A stretch of 64,000 bases of DNA from Macrostomum lignano (GCA_002269645.1 NIVC01000013.1:124001-188000); one strand, 5' to 3'. Positions 31,000 through 43,591 are shown, counted from the first letter of the stretch. Translations and numbers: made by a program. Notes: generated by a model not told the origin, from the sequence alone.

Positions 31000-33480
31000 T
31001 TCCGACTCAGCACAACGAGCTCAACCGCGTCGCAGTTCGACCCCTGCTTTTTACAGGAAGTCACCGGAGATCTGGTTTAAGCAGCTGGAGTCACAATTCG
31101 CGCTCGCCAACCTCACCAGCAGCTCCATCAAGTACTATTATGCTTTAGCAGCCCTCCCAGTGGACATCACGTGCGAACTCAACCTCGACGGCAACGACTA
31201 CGACGCATTAAAGGCAGTGGGTGATAGCCTGTGTGCTAATCGGCATCAGCTAATCGAGGAAGCCATTTCCGCCGTGGAACTTGGTTTTTGGATCCCAAGC
31301 CAACTTGTCAACGAGATAAAACTTAAATTTACCTAGGTCGGCCTGAGGTAAACGACGTCATTGTCAAGTCATGCCTCATCTTTGCGTTGCCGTCCCACAT
31401 TCGCTCCGCACTCGTCGGACATGGGCACAGCACAGCCCGCTGGATAATTTTGCCAAGATCGCGGACAGCATGCGGGCAATGGCCGGCCGGCCCTCACCAT
31501 TCACCGACATCAATCAGTTTTCCACTGTTGCTAATGCAGAGCAGCAACTGGCCCGGCATTTCTCCCGGTGACCCGACCCTCCGGCTCACGACGCCCAGCC
31601 TCGCAGATGGCAGCGACCACTCGTTTGCAATTCGCACATCTATGCCGGCAGGGCTCGAACTTGCCGTTCCTGGATCAAGTGGCCGGGTCAAAAGCCATCG
31701 AAATCGCTCCGCCAAGGTCAGTGCCAAGTGTCTCCCACGGCCTCGCCGATCCCAAACGAGTGTCATGTGCAGCGGCCGGGCCACCTATCGTTTCCACTCA
31801 AATACTAAGTTCCTGTTTCATTCCTCGTTGATACCGGTGCGGAAAAGTCCTTACTGCCTCCATGTTTCGTTCCGTTTAACCTCGTCACCCCCTGTAACGT
31901 TCAGCTTCGCGGGGTCAGCGGGCACAACGTCTGAACCCAGGGGAAATGCAACGCTTTGTTTTCGGTAAAGGGTTTACGTCGCACCTTTCAATTCAAATTC
32001 ATCGTCGCAGACACAGTCCCCATTCTCGGATCGGATTTTTCGGTTTATGGTGGTACGAGATGGCCAAGTCAGAATTTGACAAGCTGCATCGATGGGCATC
32101 GTCCGCCCGTCCTGCAGCCCTTGGGCGTCACCACTCTATATGGTGAAGAAAGCCGACGGATTGTGGAGACCCTGCGGGGGACTACCGCGCTATGAACAGC
32201 GCGACGGTGCCGGACAGGTACCCACTACCGCACTTCCGGGATTTTCACCACCAACTTCGTGGCACCAACGTTTTTAGCAAATTAGACTTGCTCAAGGCCT
32301 AACATTTCAGACCAGTCACCAAGGATGACATTTCCAAAACAGCAATCTGCACGCCATTCGGTTCTTTTGAGTACGTCCGGGTGCCATTCGGGTTTCGCAA
32401 CGCCGACAACATATTTCAATGCTTTATCGATTCGATGTTCCGAGACCTGACCTATGTCATCACATACGTTGGCGATATACTGATTCACAGCAAGTCAAGG
32501 GTAGACTATCACAACGACATTTAGATCGTGCTGCAATGCCTACACAAAGAGGGTCCCCGAGTTCAACCCGCAAAATGCCAGTTCTTTCAGATTAGCCTCG
32601 GATCATTGGTCATTTAGTCTCTAAAGACGGAATCCAGCCACTACCATCCGACCTCCGGCACCGGCATCACCTCCGGCAGACTTCAAGAGCCTTCAGCGCG
32701 TCCTCAGCATGTTCCGTTTCTACCAGCACCACATTCCGAAACACGCAAGCATTGTGCAACCGCTGCGATCCTCACCGAAATCGATATCATTGGTAAGCCG
32801 AACATGATGCCGCTTTCTGAGAGCTTCAGGATAGCCTAGCAGCAATGGTAACTCGCCATCCCGACCTAAACTGGCACATTCACCATCACGTCGGATGCAA
32901 GCTCGTTCGCCTTGGGCGCCTGTTTGCACTAGAATGAAGATGGCGATTCGGTATCCATTGTGTTCTATTCACGGAAACTTACCAAAGCGAAAACGGCATA
33001 CAGCGCGTTTGATCATGAACTTCTAGGCATGTTCGCCGCTGTCAAGAACTGGCGACACATCATTCACGACCACTCCACGACCGTTTTTAGCGACCACAAG
33101 CCGTTAGTCGGTGCTTTCAACACCAACAAGGAGCGCCTATCCGATCGTCAGCTGCGCCAGTTGGCCACCATCTAAGAATATGTGATCGACATCATTCACA
33201 TCCCGGAAGCCAAGACCGTGGTCGCCGATACCTTATCTCGAGACACAGTCAAGCCTGGTGAGCACACAGTGAACACTGTTCAATCGGAAGATTGCAAATA
33301 TTGCCGTTACCCGCAGATTTCCCTGCGCTCGCCAAGGCACAGCGAGAAGCGGGGCTCACGAGCAGTGACCGTTACTGCCCATTCGAAGTCGGGTTATCAG
33401 ATTGTCCTATGTCCTGCGAAACTTCGCAACCAAACCCATACCAGAGCAAATGCGCCGTCAGATTCTACTAGCACTGCAGG
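31000..33480 (+). mobile_element. Degenerate Ty3/Gypsy element (CsRn1/Kabuki-like gag-pro-RT-RH)
   Basis: gag PAFYRKSPEIWFKQLESQF; protease FLVDTGAEKS; RT SPWASPLYMVKKADGLWRPCG, TPFGSFEY, YVGDIL; RH FYSRKL..HELL..SDHKPL; many stops. Confidence 0.88.
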
Positions 33481-33714
33481 ACATCGCCCATCCAGGCGAC
33501 AAGGCCACGCTGCGTTCCTGACGGTCTTATACCCCTATTTATTAGCCAAACTCAAAGAACCAAACCTTTAATAAATACGCTGGTATTTCCTATTAGCAGA
33601 AATCAACACCACTTGTGTGTACTATTTCATTATCTAAATTAAATGAGCTACTTGAGCCGTACTACTTGACTATCTGACAATCGCTCGAATATCTAACCCC
33701 CTCCCCCCAACAAT

Positions 33715-34000
33715 TCAGCCATCTCCCATGAGCCTTGATATCTGAACAATTTCCCCAGTAGGCCTTGACATCTCAGAAATTCCCTTAGTAAGCATTAACA
33801 TCGCAGCAATTAAACATCTACGCAATTCTCCTAGCCCAGTAAACTTTGACATCTCAGCAATCCCCTCAGGAAACTTTGAAATCTTAGCAATTTCCTCAAT
33901 AAGCCTCGACATCGCAGCAATTATACTTCAGCCTTGACATCTTCGCAATTCTCCCAGCCCAGTAAGCCTTGACATCCCAGGATTCTATTCACCAACGTAG
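33715..34000. repeat. Degenerate CCTTGACATCTCAGCAATT repeat
   Basis: Reverse-complement relative of the GAGATGTCAAGG sub-repeats at 16-17 kb. Confidence 0.7.
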
Positions 34001-34577
34001 CTTGCTAGACTATTTCAGCATATTTTTGACACAGCCGTAGCCTGCGATAGCAGGCTGCTTAGCTTATACTCGTAGCAATAAAGGATAAACATGAAAGCAA
34101 AAAACAAAGTGGAGTGGAGTGTGAGGCGGCGTTTGACTTTAACTTATTTGAATGACTCGATGAACTTATGTGGATTTGAGCTGACTGACTTATTTTGCAT
34201 CGCAACTTGTTTATTATATTTTCTGTTCTTACTATTTTATTCCTCATTTTCATACTCATTTTCTCTAGTACACTCTGTCTACCTGTGTGCGCCTTGCCCA
34301 CCACCCCAAATATTGTCACCTTCCACCACTCTCTCCTGATCGCTATATAATATTTTGCTATTGACTATCGCTCTTTGAAATAAAGAATTTATCTCGCCTC
34401 GTTCTAAAACTCACAGAATGAACTTTTCTTAGTCATTTGCGACACAACAGAGTGGATGGACGGGTGGGTGGGTAAATGACACAGCAAAATTGTGGGATTC
34501 ATCAAATCAAGAAAGCTTGAAGCTACATGATAAAATTCAAGTGCCAATTAGTTAATTGAATCATCGATCAGCAGCTT

Positions 34578-34694
34578 TAGTAGACGGGTACAGTAGGCAA
34601 AGTAGACTGGTACAGTAGGCAAAGTAGACAGGTACAGTAGGCAAAGTAGACAGGTACAGTAGGCAAAGTAGACAGGTACAGTAGGCAACGTAGA
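34578..34694. repeat. 22-bp tandem repeat split by a LINE (continues 40522-40582)
   Basis: GTACAGTAGGCAAAGTAGACAG units on both sides of the LINE. Confidence 0.9.
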
Positions 34695-35218
34695 GCACGC
34701 GAAGGCGTATTCAGCATGCCAGTGAAGTATGAGACAGACTAGGCCCATGGGCTAAGGTCTGCGATGCTTCACGCCTGCCCCTATCTTCAGCAGGTCAAGG
34801 CTGGTGGGAGGTCTGCACCCTCTATTTGCCTCTGGCAGCCGCAGATCCCCCCCACGCTGTCTCGCAAGTCGACCCAGGGTACTCGTCCCCGCGTGTGTTC
34901 AAGGCAGTCCCTAGGGCTGCTGGACAGACTGGGCTCCGGCGCTGGCGAGTGGCGACCCTATCCAGTGGCTTCGGCCGAATTTGGGTATGCGGGTCTGGCT
35001 CGCCAACCTGCAGGCCGTGGTACTGCTCAACGTACTCTCTAATGCCTAAGGTGTTGACCGTGCCGATGGGCTGGAAGGCCGGGGAGTAGTCCGGTCGCAA
35101 GCGGTCCCCCTCCTGGTGTCGGGCCAGCCTTGAGGGTGCTATTGGCCTACTGCCCGGTCAGGTGGAGCGGCCGGGTGGGTACCGCGCCCCTTTGAGGGTA
35201 GCCCACCAACCTTTTATC

Positions 35219-36403
35219 ATGGCCTTCGAGCCGTCTATGGATAATCAAGCTAACTCTAGGGACGGGGACCCTTCTAAACCCCAACCTCAGTCCGAAGGAC
35301 CGGCCGGCCCTGCTGGCAGATCCCAACTGACTGATTCAACTGTGGCAAAGGAAGGACCGGCTGGCTCTGCTGGCAGATCCGACCAGAGCTACCAAACTCA
35401 AAATACCCAAAGACCTGCCAGCTCCGCTGGTGGATCTAAGGGAACCGCGAGCTCTGAGTCTAAAGGACCGGCCAAATCTGGCAGATCCGATGAAGCTCAG
35501 CGGGCTCGGCTTGAGCGCAAACGCGCTAAACAACGCGCCAAAAGGCAGGCCAAGAAGGGAGCTGCGGGGGCCAAAGCGGCGGCGTCCACCATGGATGCTG
35601 AAGCGACTGGAGTCCCAAGGCAACCAGGCGGGCCGGCCGGTGGAAGCTCCAGTAGTTCAGCGGCGGCGCTCCCTGGAGCTGCTGCCGCGGCTGCTGAGGC
35701 CGAAACCACGGCGCAACAAATGGCCACTGCCAACAAGGAGGTTCCTTCGGGAGCTACCTTTGCGGCGAAGGCCAAGGCCAAAATCCCGGGAGTGATCATC
35801 CAAGGTCGCGACCAGGACTGGACCACTGATCAGCTTCAAAAAGTGTGGAGTGCTGTTGACTCCTATCTGATTGAGCTGACTGTCGAGGAGGGAATCTCCA
35901 TCGGCATTGAGCGGATGGTGCTGCGAAGCGCATTCGTTCTTATTGCTCCTAGCAGCGAGGAGGACGCTCGGCAGCTGCTCCAGCGGCTACCGACGGTCTC
36001 CTTGGATGCTGACCTTGGCGGAGCTCTTTTTCTTCGCGAGGGCCAGCGTCCAAAGACGATACCCTATGTGGTTTTCGTCCCTGCTAAGAGCACCGCAGCT
36101 GGACCAGACGTTATTTGCCGGGTCCTACTGCGTCTGAACCCCGACCTCCCTGCTAGTGGACTGGTGTATCACCGTAAAGTCCGCAGGGGGGAGACGGGCA
36201 ACTCAATTGTCCTCGGCCTTTCCAGCACTTGGGCGAGTCGGTACCCTAATGGATCCTCTTTCCAGCTGGGTGCCCTCAAGCTCAAGATGCGCCGAGGAAA
36301 GTCTGCGGGGCGCAGTCTAAGGCCCAAGGAAAGGCGCAAGCCGATCCCAAAGCCAAAGCTGCATCTCGCCCCTCTGCTAGCAGCAGTTCGGCGACCGCGG
36401 TAA
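35219..36403 (+). CDS. LINE ORF1 (probably continues to 36696 via a frameshift)
   Basis: Long ORF upstream of ORF2 with low-complexity N-terminus, basic RLERKRAKQRAKR segment and globular C-terminal half. Confidence 0.75.
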   Translation: MAFEPSMDNQANSRDGDPSKPQPQSEGPAGPAGRSQLTDSTVAKEGPAGSAGRSDQSYQTQNTQRPASSAGGSKGTASSESKGPAKSGRSDEAQRARLERKRAKQRAKRQAKKGAAGAKAAASTMDAEATGVPRQPGGPAGGSSSSSAAALPGAAAAAAEAETTAQQMATANKEVPSGATFAAKAKAKIPGVIIQGRDQDWTTDQLQKVWSAVDSYLIELTVEEGISIGIERMVLRSAFVLIAPSSEEDARQLLQRLPTVSLDADLGGALFLREGQRPKTIPYVVFVPAKSTAAGPDVICRVLLRLNPDLPASGLVYHRKVRRGETGNSIVLGLSSTWASRYPNGSSFQLGALKLKMRRGKSAGRSLRPKERRKPIPKPKLHLAPLLAAVRRPR

Positions 36404-36719
36404 CGGCTCCGGCCAAGCCCCGGGAACCAAACCTGCCAGTCGGAGAAGGAGTTGAGGACGAGGCCGGGTCTTCGGAATCCGAGCTCTCCTCGGCCACCCT
36501 GGTGGGGTCTGAAGGTAAAGATGCAGGTGAGGAAGCCTCCTCCATCCTGTCATCGGAGCCTGAGGACTCTGCTGGGGGGGCGGTGGGGGTGAGGAGGCCA
36601 TGGACGTCGACCAACTCCCATCTCCCAGTCAAGCCCCAGCGGCCTGGGACGAGGACGATCTGTTGTCCAAGTCTCCTTGATGGCCCTGGGCTCTAGCCAG
36701 AAATTGCATTTAATACAGT

Positions 36720-39700
36720 ATGACTAAGCTCCACGCTGCCAAAGGAGCGACATTCTGTCTGCAAATTAATTTACAGCATTGCGTATCTGCGTCAGTAAAT
36801 CTGATGAAGATTGCTGAGCTGTACAGGCCAGGCCTCATCCTGATCCAGGAACCCTGGATGCGCAACGGTAAGTTGCCCAACATTCCCTCTGGCTACTCTG
36901 ATTTTTATGTGTGTGGCCCGGGGAAAAGCCGCCCTAGAGCGGCTATCCTCGCTGCTAGCCATCTCCAGGCTTGGCTGAGGACTGATCTCTCTGATGGAGA
37001 CCTTTGTGTCATCCAATCTAATCATTTCTCTCCGCGTACGTGTCTTGTTGCCTCGGTTTATATCCCAGGCGACAGAGACCCTGCTCCTGAGAGTTTACTG
37101 CGCCTCGCGCAGTACTGCGAGTCCCAGAACGCTGAGCTGTGCTTAGGGGGCGACCTCAACGCGCACCACAAGCACTGGGGCAGCAAATATACCAACACTA
37201 GAGGAGAGGAGCTTCTGGCCCTCGTCTCTAACACAAACCTCATGCTCTGCAACCGCGGCAGCACTCCTACCTTTAATAATGGCAGATGGACCGAGGTCCT
37301 CGACGCCACACTCGTTACCCCAAGACTCTTTGACAGAGTTGAGGAGTGGAGAGTCTGGTCTGAGGAGCCCTCCCTGTCTGACCACTGCTTTATCGCCTTT
37401 AACATCGCGGACACTAAAACCCAGTCTCCGATCACTTGGAGACGCAATATCCGCAACACTGATTGGGCGGCCTACAAGGCTGCCCTTGATCTGCACCTGC
37501 AGGAACTCACGGACTTACGTCCGATTGAGACCTGCGAGGATGTGGATCATATGGCTGAGACGCTGACAGGTTGCATTATTGAAGCCTACGAAGCGGCTTG
37601 TCCTGCTCGCGCCTACAAAGGCAAGACCTCGGCGCCGTGGTGGAACCCGGAGCTGGGGAAACCCAGGCGGAAGGCCAAAAGCCTTCATCGCCGTGTCATG
37701 AAGACCGGAAACCCGGAGGACATGGAGCTTTTCCGGCAAGCCTCCCGCAATATCAAATCTGAAGTGCGCAAGGCCAAGGAATGTAAGTGGCGCCAATTCT
37801 GCAATGAATTGGATCAAGACAGACCTACTTCTAGGCTTGTCAAGGCCCTTACAATGGACAAAATGTCCAAATTAGCCATGATCAAAAAAGATGATGGCTC
37901 TCTTACTAAAGACCCTGAAGAAGTGCTTCAGCATATGCTTAGCACATTCTTCCCGAGGGTACCTACTGCTAGACCGGAGCCCAACCATTCGATGGATGGA
38001 GCCACCCTAGCGGCGGGCATTGTCACTGAAGACCTAATCGCTCGTGCGGTCAGAACCTTCAAACCCTTCAAATCTCCTGGACCTGATGGTATCTACCCTG
38101 TTCTCCTTCGTGAAGCAGCCAAGATACCCTCGTTCCTGAGACTCACCCGCAATCTTATGCGGGACTCTATCCAGCTGGGATACGTTCCCAAATGCTGGAC
38201 TGAAGCTCGGGTAGTCTTTATTCCCAAACCTGGGAAGGGTGACTACCAAAGCGTCAAGGCCTTCCGGCCTATTAGCTTAACGTCAGCAATGCTTAAGCTC
38301 ACTGAGAGGCTTATTCTCTGGCGGCTGCTGTCCTGCGAGCTGACAGCGATGCCCCTCAGCAATAATCAGCACGCCTTCCGTACCGGGAGGTCGACTGACA
38401 GCGCCTTGCATGCGATTGTCGAGAAGATTGAAAGGGCGGTACTGGGTGACGGTTACACTCTGGCTCTCTTTCTTGACATTGTTGGCGCCTTCGACAACGT
38501 TATCTTTGAAGCGTTTCAGAGGGCCCTTCAAAATCGCAAAGCTCATGCTACCCTCATACGGTGGATCATGTACATGATCTCCAACCGTACGGTCACTGCC
38601 CAACTTCTTGGGCAAACTGCCTCCACCAGAGTCTGTAAGGGTGGACCCCAAGGCGGAGTCCTCACCCCGACGCTCTGGAACCTGGTCATGGACGCTCTTT
38701 TGAGTGACTCCCGACCCGACCCCGTCTTCAAAGTCGGGTATGCTGATGACGTCACGGCCATTGTGGCAGGACCGTCTCCCAGCACGCTCAGGGATCTGAT
38801 GCAGAGCTTTATCCGCAAAGCAGAATCCTGGGCCAATGACAATGGTCTGGAACTCTCTGAGCCCAAAACCGTTGCCATTATGTTTACCAGCAGACTACAC
38901 TGGAACATACGTCCTCTGCAGCTCTACGGTAGAGATATTGCCTTCGCGCACCAGACCAGATGTCTCGGGGTCATACTTGACCACCGGCTCAACTGGTCCT
39001 CCCACGTGAAAGCAAAAGCCAAGCGTGCCTCAGCCATCCTGGCCCAGCTCCGACGAGCACTTGGCACTTCTTGGGGTCTATCCCCAAAGCGGCTTTGGTG
39101 GATCTATACTTCCGTAGTTAGACCTGCCATTACGTACGCCTCTGTTGTCTGGGTTAGCGCTACCCAGGTCAAAAGACATGCAGACCTGCTCAACACGATC
39201 CAAGGCAGAGCGTGTAGGCTCATCTGCAACGCCACCAGGTCCACCCCCTTTGCTGGCATGGGGGCCTTCCTTAATCTTCCGCCTCTTGACCTCTTCATCA
39301 GGGGTGAGGCGGCTAGAACGACGCGGCGTCTAATTGATGCCGGCGTCAAATTCATTTACATGAGAGCACCTGCTAAGCGGAACCTTGTCCCGCATGGCGA
39401 TCTGTGCCTCAACTTTCTCAACGAGTGTCAGGCCAATCGCGTCTTCACCGACGGCATTGCCTCAACGCTCAACCTGAGACAGCGCTACTCCGTAGCTATC
39501 GACTCGCGCGATAACATCAATGACCATTGGAACCCTGGTGAGCTTCATTGCTACACCGACGGTTCTAAGCAGTCAGCCAACACCGGCTTTGGTGTTGGAA
39601 TCTTTCTGAACGGGAGGGTCATCGTTACCCACGCTCAATACACTGGGGTCAACTCCAGTGTTTTCCAAAATGAAGTTCTGGCCATCAGCTCCTGCACTGC

Positions 39701-40178
39701 AGAGCTTCTCGCCACTGGCGTTACTGGTAAGAACATCATTTTCCATTCGGACAGCCAAGCTGCCTTGCACGCCATCAGTGGCTGCAGCACCAACTCTGCT
39801 ACAGTCCTTGACTGTATCAAACTCCTCAATGTGTTGGGTTCCGCCAACAAAATTACCCTTAAGTGGGTTCCGGGGCATGTGGGGATCCGAGGAAATGAGT
39901 TGGCTGACACCCTTGCAAAAGTTGGTGCCTCCGGCTCCTCTCTCGGCCCCGAACCTCTTGTCCCGATTCCTGGCTGTGTCATCGACTCGCGCATCAAAGC
40001 GTGGATCAGGACTCAGCACCGCTCGACTTGGGCGAACTGCACTACCTGCAGGCAATCCAGAGGCGCTGTCCCTCAGCCCTCTCACCAGCTCCGGAAGCTC
40101 CTCTTGCGCCTCTCGCGCAGAGACATCCGGGCTGCCACCATGACCCTCTCTGGTCACGGCTGCTTCTCCAGGCACTAG
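36720..40178 (+). CDS. LINE ORF2: APE endonuclease, RT, RNase H (premature stop before the CCHC finger)
   Basis: QINLQH, LIQEP, GDLNAHH, SDH (APE); PGPDG, FRPISL, PQGGVL, YADD (RT); YTDGSK, SDSQAA, WVPGH..GNELAD (RNase H). In frame after the TAG: CSFC..ETAEHFVSIC, to a stop at 40452-54. Confidence 0.95.
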   Translation: MTKLHAAKGATFCLQINLQHCVSASVNLMKIAELYRPGLILIQEPWMRNGKLPNIPSGYSDFYVCGPGKSRPRAAILAASHLQAWLRTDLSDGDLCVIQSNHFSPRTCLVASVYIPGDRDPAPESLLRLAQYCESQNAELCLGGDLNAHHKHWGSKYTNTRGEELLALVSNTNLMLCNRGSTPTFNNGRWTEVLDATLVTPRLFDRVEEWRVWSEEPSLSDHCFIAFNIADTKTQSPITWRRNIRNTDWAAYKAALDLHLQELTDLRPIETCEDVDHMAETLTGCIIEAYEAACPARAYKGKTSAPWWNPELGKPRRKAKSLHRRVMKTGNPEDMELFRQASRNIKSEVRKAKECKWRQFCNELDQDRPTSRLVKALTMDKMSKLAMIKKDDGSLTKDPEEVLQHMLSTFFPRVPTARPEPNHSMDGATLAAGIVTEDLIARAVRTFKPFKSPGPDGIYPVLLREAAKIPSFLRLTRNLMRDSIQLGYVPKCWTEARVVFIPKPGKGDYQSVKAFRPISLTSAMLKLTERLILWRLLSCELTAMPLSNNQHAFRTGRSTDSALHAIVEKIERAVLGDGYTLALFLDIVGAFDNVIFEAFQRALQNRKAHATLIRWIMYMISNRTVTAQLLGQTASTRVCKGGPQGGVLTPTLWNLVMDALLSDSRPDPVFKVGYADDVTAIVAGPSPSTLRDLMQSFIRKAESWANDNGLELSEPKTVAIMFTSRLHWNIRPLQLYGRDIAFAHQTRCLGVILDHRLNWSSHVKAKAKRASAILAQLRRALGTSWGLSPKRLWWIYTSVVRPAITYASVVWVSATQVKRHADLLNTIQGRACRLICNATRSTPFAGMGAFLNLPPLDLFIRGEAARTTRRLIDAGVKFIYMRAPAKRNLVPHGDLCLNFLNECQANRVFTDGIASTLNLRQRYSVAIDSRDNINDHWNPGELHCYTDGSKQSANTGFGVGIFLNGRVIVTHAQYTGVNSSVFQNEVLAISSCTAELLATGVTGKNIIFHSDSQAALHAISGCSTNSATVLDCIKLLNVLGSANKITLKWVPGHVGIRGNELADTLAKVGASGSSLGPEPLVPIPGCVIDSRIKAWIRTQHRSTWANCTTCRQSRGAVPQPSHQLRKLLLRLSRRDIRAATMTLSGHGCFSRH

Positions 40179-40646
40179 TACCTGCAGGGCAACGCCACCA
40201 ACGCCACCTGTAGTTTCTGCAACTCAGGTGACGAAACCGCTGAGCATTTCGTCAGCATCTGTCCCGCCTTCACGCGGGCCAGACTCACTTACCTCGGGCC
40301 ACACACATCTATTACTGAAGCGTGCAAACCCGAAAACTTTAATCAGCTCATGCGCTACCTTCGGGCCACCCGCAGGGCTGAACTCTCCTTTCCAGAGAGC
40401 ACCATAGGCGCCAACCCTCCGTCCATAGCGACGCGTCGGCCGTTCAGGGACTAGCGGAATGGGCGCCCGCGCCTTCCCGCTGTGTCCCCTCCGGGACAGC
40501 CCTGCAGCTAAGTCAAAGTCAAGGCAACGTAGACAGTTGCAGTAGGCAAAGTAGACAGGTACAGTAGGCAACGTAGACATGTACAGTAGGCAAAGTAGAC
40601 AGGTTTTAGTGCAATGATTTCCAAGTATCGGATAGTGTTTGTCATG

Positions 40647-41450
40647 GCTGCTCAAGTGCATTTTGATTCGGATACCGACTCCGAACTAGAGGAGGAAAGC
40701 TGGCTAACAGCGGATGAGGGTGAAGATGAAGAAGAGGACCTGCATCTCCAGCCAAATGAAGACGCTGGAGGCTTTCCCGAATTCTTGGGAATGCCTGGGA
40801 TGGATCCTGACTCCTGATCTCCTGATCCTGATCTGCAGGCAACATGGTTAAACTATTTCGCGCGCTGCCTCGTTGCCCTACCAGCAAAAGAAAAGGAAAG
40901 AAACGAAAAAGTCTCTTAGGGCAAAATTGTACTCCGGTATTGAATAAGCGGCAACAAAGTCCGTTGACACTGACGAGTCCTGAAGATAGCTGCAGGCTGC
41001 AGGACTTGAACTTCAGAGTCACTGCCTGCTGCATCTGCTCAGCAGATGCCTTTGTGCGCGAGCAGCCAGCCGATGGTGTTCAGCCTGCTGCATCTGCTCA
41101 GCTGAATGCCTTTGTGACTGCAGCCAGCCGCTAGTGTGCAGTCTACTTCTGCTTCTGCTGGTAATGGTAATTCGCACTACTGGGAGAGCAATGAAGAATT
41201 CTGTCTTGAACTCGTCTCACCACGCTTGATGCAGTGCGCCGGTTATCTGCACCGAATGGTATTTTTAGCTTCAGTCGCAGGAGAGCGGCTAGTACGATGT
41301 ATAACACGCTGAACATTTTCGTATCCCACTGGCACTTCTCAAGACAAGTAGTCCAGCACCAGGCTTACAACACGGAAGCTAGAATGTCGCTTCTACCATG
41401 TGCGCCATGTCTGCATTTTCCGTTGCTTCCATGAGGCATACTTTGCACAA
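40647..41450 (+). mobile_element. Possible piggyBac-like transposase remnant (N- and C-terminal ends only)
   Basis: Acidic N-terminus plus FPEFLGMPG..WLNYF; later EFCLELV and RKLECRF..VCIFRCFHEAY resembling the C-terminal Cys-rich domain; catalytic core absent. Confidence 0.35.
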
Positions 41451-42062
41451 ATGCCCATTCGGCTTGCCAGTGGTGTTCGAGCTGAATTGACGCGAGATCC
41501 AGTAGACTTTTGCACTTTTTGACTTGATGACTTTATTTCATTAGTTAGTATTCACAATTTACAAGTCGTATATTCCAAGTACTAATTATTGACTTGCTTT
41601 TCATTGTTGGTGTGACTGCCCTGCCTATTGACGTCCCCAGGCGCGTAGCCAGGATTAAACATGGATGAATAATATAGCTGGATCGCCAGAAGCTCGATTT
41701 TTTTTGTCCTATCCATAGACAAGCACCAGCATCACAAGAAGCTCAGAATGCCGTACTTTTCGGCAAAGTGCCGTACTTAAAAAGAAGCAGCAGACAAAGC
41801 AACAGGAGCAACAGGAGCAGCAGACAACGCAACAAGAGCAGCCGCAACAGCAGCAGGAGAAGCAGGGATGACAGTTTGCGTTGTGCATTTTGACTGCATT
41901 TGGACTGCGTATGTTAGTTTTGTGCCGTACTCGTACTTTCACACATAGACAAATAGCCGCTGCAGAAGCTGCAAACCTTTATTTATAAGTATTCTACGAG
42001 CTATTTTATGTCCAAGCACATGCTCGCAATATATGCAGGGCGGCAAAAGATGGCTTCGCGAG

Positions 42063-43591
42063 ATGAATAAGGACGTCAGAATTTGTGCTGCAATCGGATG
42101 CCTATCCAAAAGTGGACAAGGCACGAAACCTGTCACCCTTTTTTCTTATCCAATCGGTGATCCGTATCGACTAGCGCAGTGGAACAGCAATGTGCAAGCA
42201 AAGCCACATTTCAAATTCGGAGCTCGTAAGTTTCTTTTGTGAGCTGCACTTCGAACAGCGAGACATGCAGGCTCATGGGAGGAGCAAGCGACTGATGACT
42301 GGCGCAGTTCCGAAGTTTAAGTGGACTAAGCTTGAACCGCAAGAGCTCACTGACTTCCACGATCCAAACTCTTATGCAAACGAAGCTACTGGCGACTGAG
42401 TTTGAGATGCCGATGCCTGTCAGTTGCAGCGCGGCAACCACACGCACATTAGTTGATCCACCACCAAACACCCGACAGCGCCTGTTGATGCGGCTGAAGC
42501 ACAAGAAGCGCACGATTAAGACTTTTGGTCCACGCGTTGCAAAATGGAAAAGTACCGAAGCGACCTTAAAACATGTAAAGCAAATGTTGACTTCTGAAGG
42601 TCTCAAGCTGTTTTCTTTACGACCACGAAATATCACAGGTGGTTTCAATAACCACGTCAAAGACTTCGCCGAGAGGATCAACTTCTGCTCTCCAAAAGCA
42701 TATCGAGAGTTTAGAAAATTCATGCACCTCCCTTCGCCGTCAACCTTGCGGTCTTGGATTGGAGCAGTGGATGGCAGGCCTGGCATTTCCATTGCTGGAG
42801 TCAAGAAGGTTGGAACCCTATCGAAACAGATCTTTGATGGCGTCGCTTGCAACGAATGGACTCTAGTCATTGATGGCATGCATCTTCGAAAGGAGTTGTG
42901 TTGGGAAGCTAGCGAAGGAAGAGTGGTCGGCTATTGTGACTCAGGGATCCATGAAAATCTAGGTCACAAACTTGTGTCTGAGGCAATCGTTGTCATGGCC
43001 TGCCATCTTCAGCGCCCGTGGAAAGTGCCAGTTGCGTACATTTTGGCCACTGCAACATCCCCGGTTCAACAAGTGGAGCTTTTGACGCGTACTATTAGCG
43101 CACTGAACGATGAGGGCGTCGTTGTACGCGCGCTCGTGTCGGACGGTTGCTCTGCGAACCTTGCGACGTACAGGAAACTTGGAGCTGAGCTGCCGTCTAG
43201 TCCTTATTTCCAAATCGGTTCGCAACCAGATCGCATATTCGCATTCATTGACAACAGTCATTTGATAAAGTTGGTGCACAATTCGCTGGCCGATTTGGGA
43301 GTATTCGTTGTTCACGATCGCATCATCAACTGGCACTATCTGGAACTATTGCACAATCTGCAAGAAGCTGAGGAGGTTCGAATCGGAAATCGGCTGACAA
43401 AGAAATGCATTGAATTGTGGCAGCGACACAAGATGAAGGTCTGCTTGGCTGCACAGACAATCAGTTCGTCCGTCGCTGACGCTCTCACATTCCTAAAGGA
43501 GCTTGGAGTTTCGGATTCCCAAAATTGTGATGAAACGGTCCGCTTTATTGCATTAATGGACCATCTGTTCGACATCTTCAACTCGAGGTGA
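42063..43591 (+). pseudogene. THAP-P-element transposase, 5' part
   Basis: THAP CAAIGC..W..CELHF..AVPKF (frameshift); core LPSPSTLRSW, IDGMHLRK..GYCD, WKVPVAY, SDG, HLIKLVHN, KMKVCLAAQTIS, DIFNSR, followed by a probable donor AG/GTGAGC. Confidence 0.9.

Larger units (their letters stand above)
34695..40521 (+). mobile_element. Full-length non-LTR retrotransposon, I-group (LOA/Lian-like) with RNase H
   Basis: 12-bp TSD AGGCAACGTAGA (34683-94, 40522-33); two ORFs; 3' tail AAGTCAAAGTCA. Confidence 0.93.
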
